The notes below the pieces were generated by a model. The model was not told the origin of the DNA. It searched no databases and was given only the letters and a program-made list of their open reading frames with translations. Below, piece by piece: positions 1-8,980 of a stretch of DNA of 64,000 nt. Source of the DNA: Methanobacteriota archaeon. GTDB lineage: Archaea > Thermoplasmatota > E2 > DHVEG-1. The DNA lies in assembly GCA_963769885.1 (NCBI GenBank), contig CAVYNH010000004.1, positions 256,001 to 320,000 on the forward strand. Reading direction: 5' to 3'. How positions within the stretch are numbered: position 1 is the stretch's first letter; every line of letters starts with the position of its first letter. The position numbers were made by a program, and so were the translations under genes.

Positions 1-522
1 CGACACCCGCAGCCGCTCAAACATCGCCTGGATCACGGTTAGGTTCCCGATATTCAATACAATATCCTGCACACCGACCTTCTTCAAAATCGTGAACGCC
101 AGCGCGATCAACTCCGCATGCGCCTCAGGCGTATCCGTCCCCAGCAGCTCACAGCCCGCCTGCCAGAACTCCCGATACCGCCCCTTCTGCGGACGGTCAT
201 ACCGGAAACAATTCCCAAAATAGAACAGCTTCAACGGCTTCGGCGCCATCTGCAGCCGCTCGATGTAACAGCGGATCACCGGCGCCGTCAACTCCGGACG
301 CAACGCCAGCTCACGGCCGCCCTTATCCACAAAATTATACAACTCATCAATGATCGACGCCCCGGACTTCGCCGTAAACACCTCCAGCGTCTCAAACGCC
401 GGCGTCTGAATCTCCCCATACCCAAACCCCCGGAACGTCTCCTCTACCTGCCGTTGCACAAACCGGCGTTTCAACATCTCCTCGGGGACAAAATCCCGGG
501 TACCTCGGGGAATCTGGTACAC
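1..522 (-). CDS. hisS: Histidyl-tRNA synthetase, N-terminal part (runs off the window start)
   Basis: Manual translation from GTG at 522: MYQIPRGTRDF...QTPAFETLEVFTAKSG...LALRPELTAP...FRYDRPQKGRYREFWQ, the class II HisRS motifs. Not in the ORF track because it is open at the edge. Confidence 0.95.
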   Translation of the reverse strand, partial: MYQIPRGTRDFVPEEMLKRRFVQRQVEETFRGFGYGEIQTPAFETLEVFTAKSGASIIDELYNFVDKGGRELALRPELTAPVIRCYIERLQMAPKPLKLFYFGNCFRYDRPQKGRYREFWQAGCELLGTDTPEAHAELIALAFTILKKVGVQDIVLNIGNLTVIQAMFERLRVS

Positions 523-668
523 ACTCCGCAGGTACCCCCGGGCTCATATAAAGAGGTTTCTCTCGGAACCACACAGGAGCCGCACCAGGCCCAGACGGCG
601 ACCACCACGGCTCATAACTATTATAAACCATGACATAATAAAAGAACCATAGGAGGCACCCGACCCCC

Positions 669-2384
669 ATGAAGACCACCACACTCTTCGCCATCGGAAT
701 CACTATCCTCTTCCTCACCCTCTCTGGCGCCGCCAGCGCCCAGACGCCGCTCACCACCCTCAACCCACCCCCAGCCCCCATCCGCCAGCCCGCCGAATTC
801 GACCCCATGACCGGCGTCCTCATCGCCTACCCCTTCGGCATCTCCTACCCCGTCATCAAAGAAATGGCGGAAAACGAAACCGTCTGCACCATCGTCAGCA
901 GCCTCGCCACCGAAACCACCGTCCTCAACCTCTACACCGCGAACGGCGTCAACACCGCCCACTGCACCTTCCTCATCGCCCCCACCGACTCTTACTGGAC
1001 CCGCGACTACGGCCCCTGGTTCATCTTCACCGGCGACAACCAACAAGGCATCATCGACTTCACCTACAACCGCCCCAGGCCCAACGACGACCAAATCCCC
1101 ACCAAATACGGCCTCAACCAAAGCATCCCCGTCTACAATATGCCGCTCACCACCACCGGCGGCAACTACATGACCGACGGCCAAGGCAACGCCATCTCCA
1201 CCACCCTCGTCTGGGAAGAAAACACGGGCCTCACCCACGACCAGATCAACCAGACCATGCACGACTACTGCGGCATCAACCGCTACATGGTCGTCCCGGA
1301 CGTCAACAGCGAATACATCGAACACGTCGACTGCTGGGGCAAATACCTCTCCCCGGACACTATCCTCATCCGCTCCGTCCCCCCCACCCACTCTCAATAC
1401 AACAAGATCGAGGCCGCAGTCGCCTACTTTAAAAACCAGACCAGCTGCTACGGCACTCCTTACCACGTTGCCCGCGTCTACACCCCCAACGATGAGCCCT
1501 ACACCAACTCGCTGATTCTGGACAATAAGGTCTACGTCCCCGTCATGGGCGACGCCTATGACGCTGCCGCCCTTCAATCCTACCGGGACGCGATGCCCGG
1601 CTACGAGGTCTTGGGGTTCACCGGGTTATCCGCACATCCCTGGGAGTCCACGGATGCGCTCCACTGCCGCGCCATGGGCATCACCGACCGTTACATGCTC
1701 TACATCCAGCACGTCCCACTACAGAACCAGACCGCGAGCGCGTCTGGGTTCCCGGTCACGGCAACCATCCATGCCTACAGCGGCCAGAGCCTCCTCCCAG
1801 GCTCCCCTAGCGTCGTCTACAAGGTCAACAACGGGTCCTGGAACACGGTCACAATGACCTCGACCGGCGGGGATGGCTACACCGCGACAATTCCTTCCCA
1901 GTCGGGAGGCAGCAAGATCTCGTATTATATCCATGCCGAGGACGGCTCAGGGCGGTCTGAGAACCACCCGTACATCGGTGCGGCTGGCGCCCATAGCTTC
2001 ATGGTCATCGGCGAGCCGAACCATCCCCCAGCGACGCCGGATCGGCCACAAGGAGCTAGCTCTGGCAAGCCGAAACAGCCCTATACTTATACAGCGATGA
2101 CCACGGACCCGGACAACGACACCTTGCTGTATAAATGGGACTGGGGCGACGGGACGACAAGTGACTGGCTCGGCCCCTCTGCATCAGGAGCGGTTGTGAA
2201 CGCCACGCATACCTGGGCGAAGAAGGGGACGTACTCGGTCAAGGTCATGGCCAAGGACAGCAACGGTCTGGAGAGCGACTGGTCCGAGCCTCTGGCGGTG
2301 ACGATGCCGTATTCGTGGCTTGACATGCTCCACGACCGGTTCCCGATTGTGTATTGGCTGCTTATCCACCTCTGTCGATGGTAG
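669..2384 (+). CDS. Secreted agmatine/peptidyl-arginine deiminase family protein with Ig-like and PKD domains
   Basis: Signal peptide; PAEF, WTRDYGP, GGN, HVD and LHC motifs; C-terminal PKD (YKWDWGDG...HTWAKKGTYSVKV). Confidence 0.88.
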   Translation: MKTTTLFAIGITILFLTLSGAASAQTPLTTLNPPPAPIRQPAEFDPMTGVLIAYPFGISYPVIKEMAENETVCTIVSSLATETTVLNLYTANGVNTAHCTFLIAPTDSYWTRDYGPWFIFTGDNQQGIIDFTYNRPRPNDDQIPTKYGLNQSIPVYNMPLTTTGGNYMTDGQGNAISTTLVWEENTGLTHDQINQTMHDYCGINRYMVVPDVNSEYIEHVDCWGKYLSPDTILIRSVPPTHSQYNKIEAAVAYFKNQTSCYGTPYHVARVYTPNDEPYTNSLILDNKVYVPVMGDAYDAAALQSYRDAMPGYEVLGFTGLSAHPWESTDALHCRAMGITDRYMLYIQHVPLQNQTASASGFPVTATIHAYSGQSLLPGSPSVVYKVNNGSWNTVTMTSTGGDGYTATIPSQSGGSKISYYIHAEDGSGRSENHPYIGAAGAHSFMVIGEPNHPPATPDRPQGASSGKPKQPYTYTAMTTDPDNDTLLYKWDWGDGTTSDWLGPSASGAVVNATHTWAKKGTYSVKVMAKDSNGLESDWSEPLAVTMPYSWLDMLHDRFPIVYWLLIHLCRW

Positions 2385-2471
2385 GCTGACCTTCTTTCTT
2401 TTTATTTTTTCAAGGAGAAACTTCTTGTAGGGGTAGCCGTTATCCTGTTGTCGTCCACAGGTGAATCTCAT

Positions 2472-3105
2472 ATGGAACTCTCCTCAACAGTGTACAGGTT
2501 TGCGACCGCGCGTCTGAACTTCTTCAAATGGCGGTTTGAGCTTGGGTTTGTACAAAAAAGTCTTGCTCGCTGTGGTTTTCGCGGGCATCACCGGTTTGAG
2601 TGCCCAGTTGCGGTTCTATTTACCAGGTTCGCCGGTTCCCTTGACTGCGCAGACCTGCGCGGTGTTAATCACTGCGGTGGTCCTGGGGAAATGGTGGGGC
2701 GGGATCAGTCAGAGCCTGTATCTGGTGATCGGCCTTGCCGGCGTCCCGTGGTTCGCGGGGTTCAACGGTGGGCTTTCGTACGTCTTCGGGGCGACCGGTG
2801 GGTATCTCATCGGGTTCGTGCTCGCGGCGTTCCTGTTAGGCTACCTGGTGGATTCACGGGTTGAAAACAGACGGTTTTCCTCGATGTTCGGTCTGATGCT
2901 GGTGATGAACTTCGTGGTCATCTACGGCTGCGGGCTGGTGTATCTGTACTTGTGGAGCCTGGCCCATGGGATGGCCGTTGACTTCGTCGGCTTGTTGATG
3001 ATGGGCGCGGTGCCGTTCGTGGTTGGCGACCTGGTGAAGATCGGGCTTGCCTCTGGGTTCTCCTCGAGTATCGCTCCGAAGGAGTCGTTCGGCGCCGAGG
3101 CATAA
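2472..3105 (+). CDS. bioY: BioY biotin transporter S component, with an apparent +1 frameshift in the A6 run at 2554-2559
   Basis: PGSPVPLTAQT, GLAGVPWFAG and GATGGYLIGF motifs. The N-terminus MELSS...FFKWRFELGFV lies in another frame and joins if one A is removed. Confidence 0.88.
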
Positions 3106-3115
3106 GTCGTCTTTT

Positions 3116-3313
3116 TTATCGCTTTTTTTCGTTTTCTTTGACTTTGTAGAGGGTGATAGAGCCGTCTGAAAGGACGACCCATCGGAGTTTGTTGCCGTTC
3201 TTGAGTCTGAGGAGCTCGACGACTTCCGCGGGGACGGTGACGCGGCGGCGTGATCCGCGGATGGTGATTGCGGTGTCCTTGATGCATTTGACGGCGTTGA
3301 GGTCTACTTTCAT
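3116..3313 (-). CDS. Small AbrB/MazE/SpoVT-type DNA-binding protein directly after pstB
   Basis: RVTVPAEVVELLRLKNGNKLRW swapped-hairpin pattern; GGAGG Shine-Dalgarno upstream. Confidence 0.7.
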   Translation of the reverse strand: MKVDLNAVKCIKDTAITIRGSRRRVTVPAEVVELLRLKNGNKLRWVVLSDGSITLYKVKENEKKR

Positions 3314-3334
3314 GGTTTCCCTCCTTTTCTTTGG

Positions 3335-4099
3335 TTAGCTAATCTCACCGCTGAGGTAGGCTTTCATCTCAGGGCTGGTGGGGTTGGTGAAGACGGCGTC
3401 GGCGGGGCCTTGTTCGACGACCATGCCGAAGTAGAGGAAGATGACGTAGTCGGCGACGCGTTTGGCCTGCCGTAGGGTGTGGGTGACGAGGATGACGGTG
3501 AATTCTTTTTTGAGTTTGAGGAGGAGTTTTTCGATTTGTTTGGCCGAGATTGGGTCGAGGGCGGAGGTGGGTTCGTCGCAGAGGATGACTTCGGGTTTGA
3601 CGGCGATGGCCCGGGCGAGGCAGAGGCGTTGTTGTTGGCCGACGGAGAGGCGGCTGGCGGGGTCGTGGAGGCGGTCTTTGACTTCGTTCCAGAGGCCGAC
3701 CTCTTGGAGGCAATGGTGGACGCCTTCTTCGATTTTGTGGGGGTTTTTGCCGTGGTGGATGCGCAGCCCGTAGGCGACATTCTCGAAGATGGACATGGGG
3801 AGGGGGTAGGGTTTTTGGCTGATGAGGCCCATTTTTTTTCTGATGTCGGGGACGTTGAGGCCGGAGGTCATGATGTCGATGCCGTCGACGACGATTTCGC
3901 CCTCGATTTTGACGTCGTCTTGGATGTCGAGGAGGCGGTTGAAGGATTTGAGCAGCGTGGTTTTACCGCAGCCGCTGGGGCCGATGATGGCGGTGAGTTG
4001 TTTGGCGGGGATCTCGATATTGATGTTTTTGAGGACGGGGGTGGTGTGGATGGTGACGCTGAGGGAGCGGGTTTCGATTTGGGTGGTTGATTTTGTCAT
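3335..4099 (-). CDS. pstB: Phosphate ABC transporter ATPase
   Basis: GPSGCGKT, LSVGQQQRLCLARA, DEPTSALDP. Confidence 0.95.
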   Translation of the reverse strand: MTKSTTQIETRSLSVTIHTTPVLKNINIEIPAKQLTAIIGPSGCGKTTLLKSFNRLLDIQDDVKIEGEIVVDGIDIMTSGLNVPDIRKKMGLISQKPYPLPMSIFENVAYGLRIHHGKNPHKIEEGVHHCLQEVGLWNEVKDRLHDPASRLSVGQQQRLCLARAIAVKPEVILCDEPTSALDPISAKQIEKLLLKLKKEFTVILVTHTLRQAKRVADYVIFLYFGMVVEQGPADAVFTNPTSPEMKAYLSGEIS

Positions 4100-4115
4100 G
4101 GGGTCTCCTTGTTGT

Positions 4116-4967
4116 TTATTTGATGATGTATTTGGATGATTTTTTTGTGAGGTAGCGGGTGAGGATGCTGATGGCGAGGACGATGAGGAGGAGGACGAAG
4201 GCGACGGCGTAGGCTTTGTTTTGGACGGCTTTGTCTGGCATGCCGGCGAGGTTGAGGATGATGGTGGGGAGGGCGGCGGTCTGGTCGAAGAGGGAGGTGG
4301 GGAGGTAGTTGGAGTCGCCGACGGTGAGGAGGATGGAGGCGGCGTCGCCGATGCCGCGGCCGAAGCCGAGGAGGATGCCGGCGACGATGCCGGGCATGGC
4401 CTGGCGGCGGACGACGCGGATGGCGGTTTCGAAGCGGGTGCTGCCGAGGCTGTAGGCGCTTTCTTTGAGGCCGTGGGGGACGACTTTGATGGATTCGTCG
4501 ATGCTGCGGGTGATGATGGGGATTTCGAGGAGGGTGAGGGCGATGATGCCGAAGAGGACGGAGCCGTGGTTGATGCCGATGGCGAAGCTGATGGTGATGG
4601 CGAAGACGCCGTAGATGATGGAGGGGATGCCCCACATGAGGTCGAGGATGATGCGGATGGCGCTGGAGGCGGTGGTGCCGAGGAAGTCTTTTTGGAGGTA
4701 TATGGCGATGAAGATGCTGAAGAGGAAGGCGAGGATGGTGGCGGGGACGACGAGGAGGAGGCTGCCGGTGATGGCGTTGAGGAAGCCGCCGCCTGGCCCG
4801 AGGTAGAAGGTGCCGGCGGTGGTTTCGGTGAGCATTTGGAGGGAGAGGCTGGCGGCGCCGTTGAAGATAATGACGCCGACGATGAGGACGAGGCTGCCGA
4901 TGACGATGAAGACGGAGGCGATCATGAGGGCGAGGAAGATTTTTTCTTCGAGGGTGCGTCGGTTCAG
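4116..4967 (-). CDS. pstA: Phosphate ABC transporter permease PstA (probable CTG start at 4967; first ATG at 4925)
   Basis: GIPSIIYG and ESAYSLGSTRFE EAA loop. The ORF-track start at 5495 is a shadow inside pstC. Confidence 0.9.
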   Translation of the reverse strand: MNRRTLEEKIFLALMIASVFIVIGSLVLIVGVIIFNGAASLSLQMLTETTAGTFYLGPGGGFLNAITGSLLLVVPATILAFLFSIFIAIYLQKDFLGTTASSAIRIILDLMWGIPSIIYGVFAITISFAIGINHGSVLFGIIALTLLEIPIITRSIDESIKVVPHGLKESAYSLGSTRFETAIRVVRRQAMPGIVAGILLGFGRGIGDAASILLTVGDSNYLPTSLFDQTAALPTIILNLAGMPDKAVQNKAYAVAFVLLLIVLAISILTRYLTKKSSKYIIK

Positions 4968-6022
4968 TATGCCCACCTCTTGCTGGTGTGCCGGAGGACG
5001 AGGAAGGCGAGGAGGTTGAAGATGAGGACGACGAGGAAGAGGATGAGGGCGACGAAGATGAGGGCGGAGGCGAGGAGGGGGATGGAGCTGACTTCGGTGT
5101 AGTTGTTGGCGATGAGGCTGGCGAGGGTCTGGCCTGGGCCGAAGAGGCTGCTGGGGATGAGTTCTTGGTTGCCGATGACCATGCTGACGGCGATGGTTTC
5201 GCCGAAGGCTCTGCCGAAGCCGAGGAAGATGGCGGAGAGGATCCCGGGTCCGGAGGCGCGGAAGAGGACTTTTTTGACGGTCTCCCATTTGGTGGCGCCC
5301 AGTGAGAGGCTGGCTTCTTTGAGGGCGATGGGGATCGAGCTGATGGATTCGATGCAGAGGCTGATGATGATGGGGAAGACCATGATGGATAGGATCAGGG
5401 AGGCAGCAAAGAGGCCGAAGCCGCTGCTGGTGTGGACGCCGAAGGCGGGGGCGATGGTGTCGCGGACGACGGGGACGAAGACGAGGAGGGCGCATAGGCC
5501 GAAGACGACGGAGGGGACGCCGGCGAGGACGTCGATGAAGGGGCGGATGGTGTTGCGGAAGCGGCTGGGGGCGTATTCGGCGATGTAGATGGCGGTGAGG
5601 AGGGAGACGGGGACGGCGATGAGCATGGAGATGGCGGTGACGATGAGGGTGTCGATGATGACGGCGAAGAGGCCGAACTGGCCGGAGAAGGGTTTCCAGG
5701 TGGAGGAGAAGAGGATGTCGGTGATGGAGCGGCCTTCGAGGACGGTGAAGGAGCCGTTGATGAGGATGGCGATGAGGAAGATGAAGATGGCGAGGGCGGC
5801 GAGGGTGATGGTCATCATGAGGCGGGTGCCCAGGATGTCGAAGAGCCGGCGGCTGATCCTGATGAAGTCGAAGAAGATGATGACAAGGGAGACGGCGAGA
5901 AGGGCGAGGAAGATGATGAGATTATTGAGAAGGAAAAGGGAGAGGAGGGCGAGGATAAAGATCAACAAGGCAGAGAAGAAGGATCTCTTCTTGACGACGC
6001 TGGCTGCCTTGTTGAAGCGCAT
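4964..6022 (-). CDS. pstC: Phosphate ABC transporter permease PstC
   Basis: LAGVPSVVFG, EASLSLGATKWET, GRAFGETIAV. Confidence 0.95.
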   Translation of the reverse strand: MRFNKAASVVKKRSFFSALLIFILALLSLFLLNNLIIFLALLAVSLVIIFFDFIRISRRLFDILGTRLMMTITLAALAIFIFLIAILINGSFTVLEGRSITDILFSSTWKPFSGQFGLFAVIIDTLIVTAISMLIAVPVSLLTAIYIAEYAPSRFRNTIRPFIDVLAGVPSVVFGLCALLVFVPVVRDTIAPAFGVHTSSGFGLFAASLILSIMVFPIIISLCIESISSIPIALKEASLSLGATKWETVKKVLFRASGPGILSAIFLGFGRAFGETIAVSMVIGNQELIPSSLFGPGQTLASLIANNYTEVSSIPLLASALIFVALILFLVVLIFNLLAFLVLRHTSKRWAY

Positions 6023-6041
6023 GAGCGAGGTTGTGGTGTTG

Positions 6042-7046
6042 TTATGTTCCGAGTTTGCTGAGCTGGTCGGCGATGATGGCGTCGGGGACTGGGGCGTAGC
6101 CGTTGGTGATGGTGAGTTGTTGGCCTTCGGTTAGGATCCAGCGGACGAAGTCGCGGGTTGCGCCTGTGAAGTTGTTGAGGGTGACGAGATAGACGAGTCT
6201 GGCGGGTGGGGCGTGGAGGTTGCCGTTGATCTCGGCGTTGACGATGTCGGTGCGGGTGGTGTAGATGGTTTCGTTGGCGTCGAGTTTGCCGTTGCCGTTG
6301 AAGTCGATGGGGACGACGACGAGGCCGGTCTTGGGGCGTAGGGTGGAGTTGGAGTAGATGTAGTTGACGTTGCTGTAGCCGATGCCCAATTGGTCGCTGA
6401 TGATGGAGGCTGACATGCTGTCGTCTCCTTTGACCTTGGTGACGGTTTCGACGGTGGGGAAATCGTCTTGGGTGTAGTTGCCCAGGAACTTCGCCCAGGT
6501 TTCTGCGGCGCCGCAGACGTCGGAACGGGAATAGACCTTGATGACGTCGGTGACGGTTGTGTCGTTGACGAGCGTGCCCCAGGTGGTGATGTTGCGGGTG
6601 ATGAAGACGTCGCGGAACTGTTGCTGGGTGAGGCCGGTGGTGGTGATCTTGTCTTTGACGGGGTTCGCGTCGTTGATGGTTGGGAGGACTGCGTCTTTGA
6701 CTACGGCAACGAAGACGATGCCTTTGTCTGCTTCAGCGGTGGTGACGTCTCGGGAGACCATGCCGAGGTTGACGGTGCCTGCGAGGGCGTCGGACATGCC
6801 TTTTCCGGCGCCGCCGGATGAGACGTCGATGCGGATGTTGGTGTGGTTCTTTTGGTAGGTTTGGGCCCAGACGACCATCATCGGGTATAGGCTGTAGGCG
6901 CCTGAGACCTTGATGGTGTTGGTGGTTTGTTGGCTGGTGCAGCCGCTGAAGCCGACGACGACGAGGGTGGTGGCGAGGAGAAGCGTTGTGACGGCGAGCA
7001 GGGTTTTGCGCTCAGGCCTGTGGGTTCCTTTCCTTTCTTTCATCAT
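6042..7046 (-). CDS. pstS: Phosphate ABC transporter substrate-binding lipoprotein
   Basis: Lipobox FSGC; SGAYSLYP, GGAGKG and GMVSR motifs; first gene of the pst operon. Confidence 0.92.
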   Translation of the reverse strand: MMKERKGTHRPERKTLLAVTTLLLATTLVVVGFSGCTSQQTTNTIKVSGAYSLYPMMVVWAQTYQKNHTNIRIDVSSGGAGKGMSDALAGTVNLGMVSRDVTTAEADKGIVFVAVVKDAVLPTINDANPVKDKITTTGLTQQQFRDVFITRNITTWGTLVNDTTVTDVIKVYSRSDVCGAAETWAKFLGNYTQDDFPTVETVTKVKGDDSMSASIISDQLGIGYSNVNYIYSNSTLRPKTGLVVVPIDFNGNGKLDANETIYTTRTDIVNAEINGNLHAPPARLVYLVTLNNFTGATRDFVRWILTEGQQLTITNGYAPVPDAIIADQLSKLGT

Positions 7047-7118
7047 GAATCTGTCTCCTTTTTTGGTACTGGTAAGCGTGACATTGCCTACCCCATGGCC
7101 GTACCATAGGCGCCCGGG

Positions 7119-7178
7119 TATTTAAAAGTATTGGTAAATATTGGCAAAATGCCAAAATTGGAAATTTATTGGAAAACA
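7119..7178 (-). promoter_or_regulatory. pstS promoter (TATA-like TTTAAATA) with upstream ATTGGNAAW x4 repeats and a TTGGCA-N3-TGCCAA palindrome
   Basis: TTGG cores at 7131, 7141, 7158 and 7169; palindrome at 7141-7155. Confidence 0.55.
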
Positions 7179-7294
7179 GCCATGAAAATCAGCGTATTCG
7201 AGCCCAATCCTGTGACAACGGGGTTTTCGCGGAAAAAAAGCAAAAAACAGAAAAACAGCGAAAGGGGGAAAAAGAAAGGGAAAAAAGGCGCCGG

Positions 7295-7702
7295 CTATTT
7301 GAGCCAGACGCGTATCTGCGGGCGGTTCTGTTTCTCCTCGACCTTGGTCGCGATCTTCTCTTCGCGGGCCAGCCAGCCGAGCGCGCTGAACGCCTCGCTG
7401 ACGTCGATGCGGGCCATCCGGGCAAGCGTTTGAACATCAATCTCGCCCTTCTGGGACAGGACCCCCCAGATCTTGCCGGCGTCCGTGCCGATCTTCGTGG
7501 TCAGGTTCGTGTCCCCGAGCTTGTACACGGTGCCGTTCTTACAGATCTTGTTCTCGCGGGCCAGCCAGCCGATCGCAGCCTGCAGCTCGCGCTCATCCAG
7601 GAGCGTCATCGTCAGGAGCTTCGTCTCTGACAGCGGTCCCTTGCAGTTCAGTGTTTCCCATACCTTTCCAGCATGCTCTCCAAATTGAGTCACAGGTGTC
7701 AT
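7295..7702 (-). CDS. Tandem winged-helix (DUF2582-like) protein
   Basis: Two copies of G.xAGK(V/I)W..L...A(I/L)GWLARE.KI; alternative GTG start at 7723. Confidence 0.8.
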   Translation of the reverse strand: MTPVTQFGEHAGKVWETLNCKGPLSETKLLTMTLLDERELQAAIGWLARENKICKNGTVYKLGDTNLTTKIGTDAGKIWGVLSQKGEIDVQTLARMARIDVSEAFSALGWLAREEKIATKVEEKQNRPQIRVWLK

Positions 7703-8047
7703 ACTCTCGAATCCCACCTTCACTTATCGCTAGAAGGTATAGCCTACAAGGTTATTAGTGTTATGATTCTGCGAAGCACCGCGGAAAAAAAATTGAATAG
7801 ACAACGCTGACGCACCCCTATTATTATAGTACTGTGCGGCGCAATCGCCCGTAGGACTCGGATAAGACTCACTTCGCGTTCGGGTCGCTAGCTGAAGCAC
7901 GTGAAGGAAGACCGCCGAGTGAGGAGGCAGGAATAACAAGAGAGGGAGATACTAAATGGTTACTGTGACACACAAGGCAGTGCAATACCAGAAGGCGACA
8001 AAGGTTCGAACTGCATAAGAATCACATGATTATGCACCGTCATCTAA

Positions 8048-8290
8048 TCAAACAAAAAAATAAAAACTACTCACAATCACCAAAAGTAATCCAAATCCAA
8101 GCCAAATCCCAGCAAGTACCCAAAATCCAACTGGATTCTCTTCTCTATTCAGCGATAATACTTGACTTGAGTACCGAGGAACGAAACGAAGTTCACCCTT
8201 TCTAATGTAATAAATACCGAACGATATTAATCCTATCCCCAAAACAAAGAATATCAGAATTTTTTCTACGCCTACACCTGCTGACATCAC
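8048..8290 (-). CDS. Small two-TM hypothetical protein (AT-rich)
   Basis: Two hydrophobic helices around REENPVGFW. Confidence 0.55.
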   Translation of the reverse strand: MMSAGVGVEKILIFFVLGIGLISFGIYYIRKGELRFVPRYSSQVLSLNREENPVGFWVLAGIWLGFGLLLVIVSSFYFFV

Positions 8291-8364
8291 AGGATCAATG
8301 AAAGAATCCGCTGGTTGGTAATAACATTTTTCGAGGTTTGAGTTATCCTCTATTGCTCAAGGAG

Positions 8365-8427
8365 ACCTGTTAGTGACCACAGGACATTCCCCACAGATAA
8401 GTCCCCACATCATTTTTCCACAGAATC
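8365..8427. mobile_element. Relic terminus of a related IS6-like element abutting the TSD
   Basis: 8386-8427 matches the right end 15609-15650 at 28/42 positions without gaps; shared ACCTGTTA (8365 and 15592); CCACA repeated about every 14 bp. Confidence 0.6.
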
Positions 8428-8435
8428 CACCCCAA
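8428..8435. repeat. Left target-site duplication CACCCCAA
   Basis: Identical 8-mer at 15651-15658; both copies directly flank the TIRs. Confidence 0.9.
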
Positions 8436-8476
8436 GGTTCTGTGTAAAACCGTAGTGGGAATTTTGTAGTGGGAAA
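8436..8476 (+). repeat. Left terminal inverted repeat
   Basis: GGTTCTGTGTAAAACCGTAGTGGGAATTTTGTAGTGGGAAA; 36/41 identical to the reverse complement of 15610-15650. Confidence 0.9.
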
Positions 8477-8546
8477 ATAGGGTTGGTGTTTCTACAGATA
8501 TGTTTTTAAAGAAAAAATCAATATTAAAACATCTTTAAGAGATGAA

Positions 8547-8867
8547 ATGATGGGTTTCTTCAAGAAGAAAGCAGAGGAGAAAACATCTCATATCAAGAAA
8601 ATTGAAACTGATGATAAAGAATTTGAAGATGTCACATTAGAAAAAAATATTGATGCAGATATCGGATATACGAAACGTGATCTTTACATTGTTCCTGGTG
8701 TTGATGAAGTTGATATCCCAAGGTCAAAGGTAAGGCAGGAGTTTTTAACCAGACCTACGAATTATAGATGTACTAAGTGTAAGAGTATCCTCTATAATAC
8801 GAAACTTGATGGTAGACATTATTATTGCCCAATCTGTAATGTGCAATGGGATAAGGACGATTTATAA
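8547..8867 (+). CDS. Hypothetical protein with C-terminal zinc ribbon
   Basis: CTKC...CPIC. Confidence 0.65.
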   Translation: MMGFFKKKAEEKTSHIKKIETDDKEFEDVTLEKNIDADIGYTKRDLYIVPGVDEVDIPRSKVRQEFLTRPTNYRCTKCKSILYNTKLDGRHYYCPICNVQWDKDDL

Positions 8868-8980
8868 TGCCAATTGATTTGCATAAAACCTTAGTTAAAA
8901 CTGTTTTACTGTTTTTCTGATACATTGGATTTGTGTATTTTAGGTTTGCAAACTATTTAAAAACTTAAAGTGTTTATTCT

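Noticed and set aside
7856-7922. Possible structured RNA sharing GGAAGACCGCC with 57194-57204, each inside a short inverted repeat
   Set aside because: An 11-mer match between intergenic regions is about chance level, and the surrounding stems do not align.
7958-7967. GGTTACTGTG as the missing left end of the relic element
   Set aside because: Needs an indel, has no internal GTGGG repeats and no adjacent CACCCCAA.
8377-8476. Short periodic repeats as a CRISPR array or replication-origin (ORB) boxes
   Set aside because: A 14-bp period leaves no spacers, no cas or cdc6 gene is nearby, and transposon ends explain them better.
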